Assembly: GCF_009914755.1 (NCBI RefSeq)
Contig: NC_060929.1
DNA length: 64,000 nucleotides
Source of the DNA: the human T2T-CHM13v2.0 reference genome, Homo sapiens
Direction: 5' to 3' (one strand)
Within the stretch, counting starts at the first letter, position 1; every line of letters begins with the position of its first letter. The notes under the pieces were generated by a model that saw nothing but the letters and a program-made list of their open reading frames with translations, made no database searches and was not told where the DNA came from. Shown in pieces: positions 34,411 through 59,169 of the stretch. Both the position numbers and the translations under genes were made by a program.

Positions 34411-34818
34411 TTGAGCCCCTCCAACTGAACTAGGTTACTCCAGTGGGCAATAAAACAAGAACACACTCTCCAGCCTTCTAGTTTCTGAATACGGCATGGA
34501 AGAAGTAAAATGGAATCTACCCCCGAGGAAGCCACACCACTGCAGGGCAGGGTGCAGAAAGAAATAGGTCTCTAGGGGCCTGGCCTGCTAAACCCAGAGG
34601 CTGCCTGCCGTCGGCAGCTGGCGCTCAGGGGTGCATAGGGAACTGGAGAAAGAGAAGGGCTCCACAAGCCCAAGACCCTGTTCAGTCCCCAGCTAGTTCT
34701 CTGCTCAGGGGCTTTACCCAAAACCATAAGATAAACTCTTTTTCTACAAATCCACATAGGCTTCCCAGAAACCAAAAGGCTCTCCACAATGTTTCACATG
34801 AGTCTTAAACACTGGCTC

Positions 34819-35121
34819 AGGTTGGGCGCGGTGGCTCACGCCCGTAATCCCAACACTTTGGGAGTCCCAGGCGGGCGGATCACAAGGTCAGGAGATTGAG
34901 ACCATCCTGGCTAACATGGTGAAACCCCGTCTCTACTAAAAATACAAAAACACAATTAGCCAGGTGTGGTGGCGGGCGCCTGTAGTCCCAGCGACTCAGG
35001 AGGCTGAGGCAGAATGATGTGAACCCGGGAGACGGAGCTTGCAATGAGCCGAGATCGCGCCACTGCACTCCAGCCTGGGCGACAGAGCAAGACTCCATCT
35101 CAAAGAAAAAAAAAACAAAAA
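34819..35121 (+). mobile_element. Alu (Y-like)
   Basis: gagaccatcctggctaac, ggagcttgca diagnostics. Confidence 0.93.
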
Positions 35122-35249
35122 CCCACTGACTTATCAAGCAGAGGTTCATCAATGCTTTTTGGATGACGCGGTTCCACACAACTTCTCGGCTGCCCATGAC
35201 ACCTTTCTCCTAGCCCCAGATTCAACAGTCAGCAGCTTACGAAAAAGAT

Positions 35250-35790
35250 CCCCCTAGTAACTTTATTGAGACATAAGTTACAAACAAGTTGTACTGACTT
35301 AAAGTATACAACTGGATGAGTCTGGACAGTTGTATACACCATGAAACTACCATCACCACCAAGATCACAACACTGCCATGGCCACCAAAAGATTCCTGGG
35401 CTCTTCTGCAGTCCTGTCTTCTATCCCCTGCTACAGGCAACCACCGACCTGCTTTTTGTCACTATATAGATCGGTTTGAGTCTAGAATTTTAAATAAATA
35501 GAATCAAACAGTATGTCCTTTTGTGTTTGGCTTCTTCCACTCAGCATAATGAGATCTGTTCATGTTGCTTGTACCAACATGTGTTTCTTTTTATTGATAA
35601 ATAGTAACCCATTGTATAGATGCACTATGTTTTATTTATCCATTTACCCCTTGGAGGGTATTTGGGTTGTTTCCAGGGGATATTACGAATAAAGATTCAT
35701 GTGCGAGTCTGAGTGTGGACGTGTATTTTTATTTTTCTTGAGTAAATAGGAGTAGAATGGCTGGATCATATGGTAGGTGTATGTTTAAAG
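35250..35790 (-). mobile_element. Old L1M 3' fragment
   Basis: Antisense L1 3' motifs: ggcaaccac...ctgctttt; ttccactcagcataat; tttgggttgtttccag; ggctggatcatatggtag. Confidence 0.8.
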
Positions 35791-36037
35791 AAAGTTCACA
35801 AAATCCTGAGGCAAACAATAAATGATTGCCAGACACACCTTTGCCCTCAATGCAAAAAAAGGTTAGAGTTTCTTTGGAGGCATTGATTTTTAACGTTCTC
35901 TTTCTCTGAATGTTTTGAATATAACAGGGATGGAAGAAGAGGTTTTAACAAGTTATACATCATTTCCCTCATTTGCAGAGGAGGAAATTAGGGCCTGGTG
36001 AGATGAAGGTACCTGCCAAAAATGAAGTTATATACAG

Positions 36038-36650
<613 letters not shown>

Positions 36651-37271
36651 CAATCATGCTTGATTAAAAACTAAAAACAAAAATAACCCCCAAAACAATA
36701 ACAAAGAGTTACAAGCTGCATGGAAGATAGTGGCAGGTCACGTGTGTGAAGAACACCGCGTGGCAAATGCACGTGTGCGGAGTTCTTCATGGAAGGAAAT
36801 GTCAAGAAGAGCCCCCTGGCTCTGGGAGCTGACTCACACTATTAGAGTTGTGCACTGTCACAGCTGGGAGTGGCCTTAGTCATCATTTATATTGGATGAC
36901 ACATCTTCTCAACTTAGAATCTGATGAGGAAAAGTCGTTTTTAGCATGAGTTTCTGACAGAACCCCAGCCCTGAGACTTAACAGTCATGTGGACGGACCA
37001 TCACTTTGCCCCAGGCCAGCACAGCCCACTCAAACAGCTAGGCCTTTGCAGTTTGAGTAGGTCAACACCTCTGTGGAAACACCTCACACCTTTGACAAAT
37101 GTCAAACTGCCAGTAGTGAACTTTGAATTCCTTCAAGTAGAATCCAGTGGAAATAGTTGTTCCTTTTTCATCCTTGTTTGCAATAAAAATGGAATGAAAT
37201 CTTTAATTGAGCACATCTCTTTCCTAATCTGAAAATAAGCCTCATAAAATTCTAATTAAAAAAATCAATTC

Positions 37272-37566
<295 letters not shown>

Positions 37567-38083
37567 TCAATTCATGTTTGCTGTCTATTGTCAATAGCAT
37601 GCGTGATTCCTGGAGGGATATTGATAAGATCACTTTTAGCAATAAGATAGCAAATCTTATTTTAGACGGGACGCTGCTTGATGCATAATATTTTGAGTGT
37701 TACAATCAGGTAGATAAAAAAATGCATATTTTGAGGAAGAAACATGTCACTTGGAAGTATTTGACCATAACCTCAACAGCAAATAAAATTACTTCATTCC
37801 TTCAGGAAAAACAACATTGAGAAGAGAATTCATGATATGAAAAGAATATATTGGTTAGAATGGAATGACTTAGAGTTGGTTTCTTGGAATGACTTTTTCT
37901 TCACAAAGTGAAAAGAATTGAAATGAAATTCAAAAATTATTTGACCCAAATAATAAAGAGGAAGAAATAACAACTTACAGAGAGATGTTACCTTTATCAT
38001 GTTTTCAAATTTGTCGGTTTTCTCAAAGGCATCCTAGGCTGTGGTGAAAAAAGCTCCTATCATCCTTGCAGTTGCTTTTATAA

Positions 38084-38419
<336 letters not shown>

Positions 38420-40016
38420 ATACTGCATGTTTTTAAGGAACCCATACATATTCTCACTCTGAAGGTAAACTGTTGGCTCCCAGTCTGCAACAAAAACTAT
38501 TCCAGTATTCAGTCAAGGTGGAACCAAAATCTTCACATTGAAATCTAAGTTGAAGGGAGATTTTTACTGAAGAAGGTGTATGGGAAGGCTAAGTAAGTTC
38601 TCTAGGTGAGGAATGGGGGTGTCACCCACTTTTTATCATAATGACCCCCTTTATTTGATCCCAACTCGAATAACCCTGGGGCTCTTTCCAGAGGGCTGAG
38701 GAGGCAGGAGACCTAAGCACTCTTAGTATTACTGACAGCATTTTAGCATCCGGAATGCCAGGGTCTGGTTTTCCAAAAACCTGTCCCCAAGGCTCTTTTG
38801 AGTCCATGTGAATTAATCTCCTCTGGCACAAGAGGAAAATTATATTTGGAATGCAGTTTAATCATTGCATGCAACTTTCTTGCAAATATTTTCTCCATTA
38901 TGTTTGAAGCAGGCATTGTAGGAATCAGGTATTCGACGGGAGGTGTGAGCGCTTCATGGACTCTTAGCTCTCTTTTATCAACCCAAAACTTATAGCACAG
39001 TCTTGGGATCAAATAACAAACCAGGCAAAAGAGGGAAGAGAATGAATTATGGTCAGCAATTCAGAAGACACACTAGAATCTTCCAGTGACTGTCCTAAAA
39101 AGTCCAGCAACAGCCTCGTGAGCAGTCAACTCCTTTTATCTTTCTGTCTCTGTTACTCTCATCACTGAAGATGGCAAAGAAAAGTATGCTTCCTGGAGAA
39201 AAAAAGCACACCTGAGTTCAAATCGGATTCCATCCTTCCCTAGTTAGAGGGTGCTGGGTGACGACCGATTTCCTGGAGTGTCAGGGTGCTTGTATGTGAA
39301 GCAGAGCCACTGCTCACCTCCCCAGGGCTGTAGTAAGGGCCACGTGACTTTACATGCTGAGTGCGCGACACATGCTGTGTGTTCCATGAAAGTTCTTATT
39401 CTCCTTCCCTACAGCTGTTTCTCTTTCAAATAGAATGACATCTTTTCAGAAAACAAAACTAGAATTACAGGTTTGAGACATGTTGGTTTGATGAATAAAT
39501 CATTAGTCAAGGGGAGAATTTGGACCTTTTCTCTTTATTGCGACTCAAGCTAATATTTGGCAGGCATTGGCTAAGGACTTAGGCCACACGATGCCCCGCG
39601 ATGAAACTCAAAGCCGAGCTTCATCCAACTTTCAGTTCAGGCGGCTTCAGGCCATCTAAGTGGGAGAATTAAAGCAGATTGGTAACTGTATTCCAGCCTG
39701 CCTCATGTGGCTTATGATTAATTTAGTAGAGGATCTTTTGGTGTGTTCTTCACTCTCTGAAGGAGGCTGCATCCTGCCCAGGGAACAATCTATGACAGGG
39801 CTCTTAGGGAAAATTTGGTCTTGACAAAATATCTGTCAATAGTTTCGTCTTCATCTTGGAAGAGGCCTTGTATCCTTCCTGGCTGGTGATGACAAAAATA
39901 GATCCTGGCACCTAAAAAAAAGATGATAGACTAAGACATATGATGAATGAAAGCCCAAAGTTATGAATATAACACAGCACAGAGGAACATGTTTGATTAT
40001 TTATTTTTGTTGAGTT

Positions 40017-40477
40017 TGTCACTCTAAAGAACAGAGGGAGGCTCTCAAAAAGAAAAAACATATATTTATTTGGGAATAGGGCAGTGCAATGGGAATATGC
40101 ATGCCACAGTAAACTGTGTGTGTGTACCCAGGGAGGCAAAAATGAAGACAAAAGGTTTTAAAGGAGAGATGAGGAGGATTACATAACGATTTTGAAATTA
40201 TTATCCTTGGCTACAAAGATCAATAACAAGGGTGAGGCCAATAACAAGGGTGAGGTTGGACAGGCAGTTGCTGGGTGGATGTCTGCACAGAACATTTAGC
40301 GTGTAAGGCTTAAATGGCCTTTGTGCAAGGCTGTGTTTTTTGTAGTCTTTTGTGACAGCTTTTGTTATCAGACATATAAGTGAGAACCCTCTCTTCACAG
40401 CCTACCCTCACTCTATTTTTAGGCTTTATTTTTTTCCTTTTTAACACAAGTGACTCCATTTTGATTCTGCTTTCACA
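40017..40477 (-). mobile_element. 3' LTR of the ERV1 provirus
   Basis: tgtca...gtgactccattttgattctg...tttcaca; tttatt at 40046-40071 region gives a minus-strand poly(A) signal. Confidence 0.85.
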
Positions 40478-41216
40478 TTCCCTCTTTTTTTTCCTTTTTT
40501 GTATCTTTATTATACTTTATTGTTAGTTCCCACAAGCAAAACATTCCCCTTTTGATCAAGATATTTCTCCAAAAGTATCACCAGTCAATCACCCTGTAGT
40601 TGGGTTTTGGTGTCCCTTGGTGCTGGGATAGACTTGTCCCAGGTTGCTGGTCTCATCCCACGATGGAGAAAATGAATGGCAAGTAGGAGTCATTGTCAAA
40701 ACTCTTTTAAACACCTTTGCACAAAAGGGAGGTTGGAAGGGACTGGCTCTCAGGCTAAGTCTGCCTGGACTCCATTATGGAGTTCAATTTTGTCTGTTGT
40801 GTAGTTTTTTGCTGTCATCTCAAAGTGTTGGGTCAGTGTTATTCTGAGTTTCTACGTCCACAAAAATTTAACAAGTAACAAAGTTGTTGTTGTTTTTTCT
40901 GAGATGGAGTCTTGTTCTGTTGCCCAGACTGGAGTGCAGGGGCATGATCTCGGCTCACCGCAACCTCTGCCTCCCAGGTTCAAACAATTCTCCTGCCTCA
41001 GTCTCCTGAGTAGCTGAGATTACAGGTGCACACGACCATTTAGCAGGGGAATATATGGCTCTTAGAAAAAGTAAAAGCATGTGAAATTTCCTGGTTATAT
41101 GAAACAATTCAGACACATGAAGAAAAGCTGGTTGGGTGCAATGGCTCATGCCTGTAACCCCAGTACTTTGGGAGGCCAAGGTGGGAGGATCATTTGAGGC
41201 CAGGATTTTGAGACTA

Positions 41217-41447
<231 letters not shown>

Positions 41448-42229
41448 TCAAGTTATACTAGAGGAAAACATTGCTTTTCTAGGTCTTAAAGAGAGTCATT
41501 TCAGCAGCAGGCAGTAACAGCAGAGTTAGAACTGGAAAAAAAGTCACAAGAGCTTACTAAAAACCTGAAAAAGTTAATATCCTAGCTGAGCCAAAAGATG
41601 TGCCTTTTCAAGAGGGGAAAGGAGAGTTGAAGACAATTATACATGCCCTGCAAATTGTGTGCAGTGAGACACAGCCAAAGTTGAACTTCTGAGATATGAA
41701 TCTGAGAAACTTCTAGAGGAAAACTCTACCTCAAGAAATGAAATTACCACTCTGAATAAAAAAGACAGCATTTCTAACCTAAAACTATGGAAATTAAATG
41801 AATCTCAGGACAAAATATGGCAGTAATATAAACTGCAATTTAGAAGATGGCGGTTACAAAGGAGATTTCAGATTTAAAAATCAAAACCTCTTGCAATTTT
41901 ACTAAGAGCAAATCAATATATCAAGAAAATCGACTAGCCTGGACAACATGGTGAGACCCCATCACTATAAAAAATTTAACAATTATCTCAGTGTGGTGGT
42001 GCATGCCTATGTTTCCAGCTACTAGGGAGGCTGAGGTGGGAGGATCACTTGAGCCTGGGAGGCTGAGGCTGCAGTAAGCTGTGATCAGGCCACTGAACTC
42101 CAGCCTGGATGACTGAGTGAGAACCTTTCTAGAAAAATAAAACATTAAAAAAGAAAACCTTGTTGTGGCCGGGCACGGTGGCTCATGCCTGTAATCCCAG
42201 CACTTTGGGAGGCCAAGATGGGTGGATCA

Positions 42230-42734
<505 letters not shown>

Positions 42735-43190
42735 TGATCTTTTGTCCTCTTGATCTGCCCTCCTCAGCCTCCCAAAATGCAGGGATTACAGGCATGAGCC
42801 ACTGCGCCCAGCCGCATTAGTGTATTTTTAATATCAAAGATCACTTATAACATAGAAACACTTTAGAAACACTTACAAATAATTCCCCTCTAATTATAGC
42901 CAACTGAATCACACACACAACTCCTTTCATAAAGTTCTCCACAAACCTTTTTCATGACTTACTCATACCATTGACAACATGCTCGGACTTTCTGCTTTGT
43001 CCTATACTTCCTCTTAAACAACTAGTGGGGCAAAAATTTACCACATAAAGGCCAGGCACGGTGGGTCACCCCTGTAATCCTAACACTTTGGGAGGCCCAG
43101 GTTGGTGGACTGCTTGAGGCCAGGAGTGCAAGATCAACATGGCAAGACCCTGCCTTTCAAATAAATAAATAAATAAATAAATAAAAATAA

Positions 43191-43953
<763 letters not shown>

Positions 43954-44035
43954 TGAAATAATTTTAAAATAACCTCTACATTAGACAAATGTATTCTTAT
44001 TCAATAAAGAACAGATTTTTATGTCTTTCTTATAA

Positions 44036-44380
<345 letters not shown>

Positions 44381-45079
44381 TGAACTCCTGACCTTGTGAT
44401 CCACCTGCCTCAGCCTCCCAAAGTGCTGGGATTACAGGCGTTAGCCACCGCGCCTGGCCTGTTTCAGTTTTTAAAAAATCTTATTTGGAAATGACCCAGA
44501 CATTTAATGAGTATCTATTACTTAATTTAACATAATTTTAAGATTTCAAATTAAAAGTTTCTTTATAAATATTTACACCATTTACATTTATGCAATTTAA
44601 TAATTTATCTGGATTACTTATAAAAACTGACATATTAGACAAAGCCTAGAACCCTTTCAAATTATTTTGCTATTAACCATTTTTATAGCCTGTGAATATC
44701 AGGTTTTCACCTAAGTCAGAACTTTAAAGATAAACATGTAGGTATTTTGTCCATGACTCATAAATCTGTTTTCATTATGAGCAATATTAAATTAGTTTTA
44801 CATATCAAAGAGTTACACAAAGATCATTCTGGTTTATGCTGGGTTTATAGTTATATAACCTTTGTGTCAAACCCAGACATCTTAAAACATCTAGTAGAGA
44901 CAAATATAGAACTGTCTGACAAGTAAACTCTGGGAAAAATGTATGTGGACACTTCTAAAGATATCTGTATTTTTATTTTACCAATAGTTTTAAAACCATC
45001 TTATTAACAATTTACTTAAGTCATGTGAACTAAAAGGCACTTGAATTACCACATTTTATATGAGCACTCAGTTATATAA

Positions 45080-45319
<240 letters not shown>

Positions 45320-45611
45320 TGAACTCCTGAACTCAGGTGATCCGCCCGCCTCAGTCTCCCAAAGTGCTGGGATTACAGGCATGAGCCACTGCATCTGGCC
45401 CAACCAGAAGAGAATTTCTTAATGATTTCTGGCCAACCACGGCAGATTTGATCATGCAGACACAACATAATACATGTACATATGCACAAACATACCTAAA
45501 CACACACACACGAAGATGTTACAGCTTTCATTTTACAATTTTATTCATGATATAGTAATACAAACTCACCAGTTTATAAAACATACTTGGATTGCCGGGC
45601 ACGGTGGCTCA

Positions 45612-45977
<366 letters not shown>

Positions 45978-46120
45978 CTAATGAAGGCTGTGGACCAAAA
46001 TGTTGGGTAAAGCAGTTTCCATAGCAGTTTGATTTTTAAAAAACTCCTTCACCTTTTTTTTCTTTTTCTTAGTTTCATGTAAGTTTAGTTTTAAATTTTC
46101 AATGTTTATATTTTAGATAG

Positions 46121-46484
<364 letters not shown>

Positions 46485-46691
46485 TAGTAATAATCTATCT
46501 TTTGCCAGTCTGGTGTGTTTGACTAGTCAATGTGGACGGGGAAACATGTTAGAAGGCTTTGCTTTGCTTTTGTTTTGACTTTCTCCTTTTGGCCCCTGCA
46601 TGGCAGACAAAGCAAATTTTTTATGCTGGACAAAGATATCATATGATTGCTCTGAGATCAAGATTTTGATCTATTTGATCTGAGTGTGTAA

Positions 46692-46999
<308 letters not shown>

Positions 47000-48349
47000 T
47001 GAGCCACCACACCTGGTCTTATCTGGTTCTTTTTCTTTTATATTGTCAATCCTTCAATTATCCATTTCATCACAATATGCAATTATTAGTCAGGCAAACC
47101 TAAATTTACATTCCCAAAGATTTCTAGATTGTTACTTGCCATGGAGCTATTGTAATGTGTAAAGCCAATAATTTGAAAGAGCTTTAAAATCTTTTTTTTT
47201 TTTTTTTTTTTTGAGACAGGGTCTCAGTCTGTCATCCAGGCACATCAGGAGTACAGTGGCACAATCATAGCTCATTGGAACTTCAAACTCCTGGGCTCAA
47301 GTGATCCTCCTGCTTCAGCCTCTCAAATAGGTAGGACTACAGGCATGCACCACCATGCCCAGCTAGTGTAAAAAAAATTTTTTTTTGGTAGAAATGAGGT
47401 CTTGCTGTTTTGCCCAGGCTGGTCTTGAACTCCTGGCTTCAAGCCATTCTCTTGTCTTGGCCTTCCAAAGCACTAGGATTACGGGCATGGGCCACCATGC
47501 CCAGTCCAAGACCTTTTCTGGAATGCCATAACACCGACAGAAAAATCAGCAGATTTAAAGTAGGCAGAAGGAAAAAAAAAACAGAGGCAGACAAAGAACT
47601 CAGAAGGCTCTATATGCTAACTCTATAGTTGCAAGGTTTTTAAAGAGAGTTTAAAATAATGACCATTTTGGCTCTGAATTTTCCATTATGTACTTTGCCT
47701 ATCTGTTTAAAAATATGCACAAGAACTGATCATAATATGTAGCTGGCTTCAGTCCCAGAAAACGTGGCATGCCTTAATGTTTGAGAATCTCATTCTGTTC
47801 TTATTAATATATTGAGAGCAAAGAAGATCCTATAAATCCTATCAGAGAGTGTCAGGACTTTGGACCAATGTTTAGATGGTGGTGGCTGCCCTAGTGGCTT
47901 TTAATCAGCCATTCTGTATGAATTAAATGTTTATTTTTGCTCTCAGAACATTTTCAGAAACAAGCAAGGGAAAAGAGTTACAGATGCCTGTAACCAAATG
48001 AAACCAGGGTAAGAGTGTTCACAAAAATTTTAAGCCAGGTTTGCAGATCAAACAAAATATTAAATTAAGAAGTAAGTTCACCAGAAAAAACATGCCTCAA
48101 AGACAGAGTGTAAATTCCGTAGAATTCAGAGTGCTCAACCCAGAAAGACACTTGTCTTTATACCAAAAAGAACTTGCCAGAAAAAACAAGAAGTATTTTA
48201 TCATCCCAGGGGGATCTGAGGTCCTTTTTTTTTTTTTCTGAGATGGAGTCTCACTCTATTACCCAGGCTGGAGTACAGTGGCAGTGATCTCAGCTCACTG
48301 CAACCTCCACCTCCCAGGTTCCAGTGATTCTCCTGCCTCAGTGTTCTGA

Positions 48350-48862
<513 letters not shown>

Positions 48863-49060
48863 TGATCCTAAAAAAATTTTTAAAGCCTCTACCAAAAAGA
48901 GGGAGGCTCAGCCTGAGAGAAGACTCACCAGGGCAGAAGAGGCGAGCCATGAAAGTGGAGAGCTCAAAGGGCTCCTGTAAGTGCTGCATACTGGTACCAA
49001 GAATTGCCAGCTCTGTCCAAAACTGATCCTACTTCAGGTCCTGCTTCCAGACGCTATTTA

Positions 49061-50145
<1,085 letters not shown>

Positions 50146-50784
50146 AGTGCTTGCTCATGACCATTCAACAGTCAAAGCAAGCAGCTTGTTATGAGCTTTG
50201 ACACTGGATTTGGAGAAGGAAAAATTTATACTAATGACTTAATATTAGTAGCCACACTTCTAACCAGAATGGTCATTAGAGATAAGCACAGATAATAGGC
50301 TAGAGAGGAAAGCTTCCTATCACTGGATTGGGTTACCTTTAATGCAGCCTTGCTCATCTCCATAATGTTACTGCAAGGTAGACTGTAATTCACATACACA
50401 AAGAACACTTCTGTATGTTTTGTCAAGATGCTATGAAGATTTTTTCACTGTATTACCCAATTCTCCTTTTAAGAAAAGATCTCTGTCTCAACTTATTGTG
50501 AGAGATTAGGACTAGATACATTTGTCCTTTTTGGTCTACGTTCCATCCAGGCAAAGAGAACTACATAAATCCATCATTCCCTTATCACTCTGGCTCTTTA
50601 AATGTCCTATAGCATCAAGCAATCAAATGTTACTTTTGCTATTGTTGACATATAGATGGACTATTGGGAAAAAGCTTCCCTGAATTATTCATCAGAATGA
50701 ACTTTATAACTAATATATGAAGACAGCAGCTACATGGTCAACCTTAAAGATACAGTTTTTTAAAAAACTGTAAAATTATGATAT

Positions 50785-55372
<4,588 letters not shown>

Positions 55373-55689
55373 TTACACGTGGCGTCTTCTCTTTTCTAAG
55401 GCAGTAAACATGAACAGTCATTTAACACATTTATTGTGCAATTATTATGTCCAAAGTATGTTGCTAGATGTTGTTTGAGTATAATTTGGGAAGATTTTCA
55501 TCAAGGCTAGTAAAACTTATTTTTGAGTTTTAGTTTTCAGGAACATTTGTTCATCCACAGTTCATTCTCCCCAGTGAGAGAAGGCATTAGAAGCACTGCA
55601 AGACGTTTGGTGACTAGGCACTGATTATTCCTGAATATTGCTAACATTTAACAAGTAGCTCAAGGTGGGGAAGAAGGGGGTAAGATGAA

Positions 55690-56430
55690 AATGAAAAGAA
55701 AAAATAGTGAAATGTTTAAATAAATCATATATATCCATAAAATGAAATAATACTCTGAAGGAGTTCGGAGGAATCAGGTTGATCTGTATGTACCAACTTG
55801 GACAGATCATCTAATAAGATTAAGTTAAAAAAGGCACACTGTAGAATAAAACATACCATATGATAAAATTTATGACTCTTTGCCCTCCAAAACTACATGT
55901 TTCTATAAGTACATACATATTGTATACAAATGCATACAAAATGCTGAAAGGATAGACATTAAAGAGCTTATAGTAACAGTTTTTAGGGATAGAACTGAGA
56001 GGTCAAGGATGATTTTTGCTTTATCTGTATTATTAAAAACAATTACAAAAAGAAAGTATACATGAACCACTTATATAATTAAAATTAAACTTGTTTCTCC
56101 TAAAAAAATAAGTAGGGTGAAATTCGAAGACATAATACTATTGTGAAATGGAAAACCATTCGATCCTTCTCATTAAGTGATAGGTTGCTAAATACTGAAA
56201 ATTGATAAACTTTTGTACCTGCCTTCTTAAAAAATACCCACAGGTCATGGTTCAGGCATGATGGAGAAAGGCACAGAGGAGGCAGAGGACCTGTGTTTTA
56301 TTCCTGGTTCTGCCTCCTGTTTGGCTGATCACTTTATCTTGCTGAACCTCAGACTCCCCATCTATAAAATGGGGATAACGATAACACTGAGGTCATGAAA
56401 TTGTATGAAAGCTGTTGTGAGATGGAGTAG
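55690..56430 (+). mobile_element. Old L1ME 3' fragment (~55690-56090) and MIR (~56250-56430)
   Basis: L1ME-like 3' UTR; MIR core tgaacctcagactccccatctataaaatggggataa. Confidence 0.6.
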
Positions 56431-57639
56431 TTGGCCATGCACCATAGTCTAGGTAGTTCTATGCCTTATACTATTATGTATAACGCTGAGATTTTAATGC
56501 ACAGATTGTAATTGTAAAATAAAGGCTCTGCTACAGGAGACCAAGATTAATCACTAAGTAGAAAAATATAAACAAAAGTTGTTTAAAAGTTAAACTTTAT
56601 TAGACAATTTGCAAGTGATTTGCAAATTCTGTGGGTTATTTGGAGCCAATGTTGAGTACTGATCGCTCCTTTTTTCTTCCTGGACCGTCGAACATGCTCA
56701 ATTTGTTGACCAAGTAGTGTAAGTCATATTCTACTCAAATTCAGACTAATTTTAATTGTAACTTAAACTAGAAATAAAAATCAAATATCATACAGTAGTC
56801 TAAAACCAAATACAAAGAGTATAATTTGAGAGCACTTCTATCAGAGATAATTTGTAAGCAGTTAAGTTTATGAGTAAATATGAAAAAAAGAGGACCATTT
56901 AAGATAACAGAAATATTAACTCTCTAAACTTTCTATAGCAATGCAAACACAAAGTTACGTGGTCCTCGTGATATAATCAGTATCAAAATAATACATGTAA
57001 AAAGAAACACACAATACACATAAGCCTCTAAAACTTGACTTTGAAGAGAGGCAAATAAGCTACAGAAAGAAAGTGGTGTTGGTTAACTTCTTCTTAGCTA
57101 CACCTCCCCAACCCTTAAAAACGACAACATCAAAGCCCCATATATTAACAGAAGGCATGGGATGTCACACTTAAGCAGTTAAGTCATTCAAAATAAAATT
57201 ATTTTCATAAACAAACATTTGAGACTAGGTTTACAGAAGACAGAAGTTATCTTATGTAGACCCTATTTCTGTATTTTGTTTCAGTGACAGAGCATTGAGA
57301 AAGCCCTGATTCACACTGAGAAATGGTACCAGTTCTTTCAACAGCTCACCTTGAAATACCAGGAAGCTCTTCAATTTACCAGAAATGGCCTTATTCTGGC
57401 ACCTGCACAAAAAAACAGTTAACGTGGCACTGATGTTTGCTGGATTTCAGTTTTAAAATGTTAGAAACACCATATTTGAGTTTGCTATTTTTAACTTATG
57501 TTAAAATATATTTCAAAACCAAATATTAATGAAGGGTCTCAATAGAACACAGTTTAAATACCATCACCTCGAGACGCGAAGTTGATTTGTTGATGTTTCT
57601 GTGTGAAATCTGGGTTTCTGAAACTCCACTCAAGGCTCC

Positions 57640-59020
<1,381 letters not shown>

Positions 59021-59169
59021 AGAAAAGAAGTGATAAAAGGCATGACTCAGAGGCCAATTAATTACATACAGGTGTATTAACCAGACACTAACCCCAAGAC
59101 TGATTTCCTAGTGAGCTACCACATTGTTCTACAACTCTTTTAGGTTTACCTAATTCAAACCCAATCCTT

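Noticed and set aside
38622-39012. Overlapping 65-89 aa ORFs in unique sequence, possible processed pseudogene
   Set aside because: No recognisable protein similarity, poly(A) tail or TSD.
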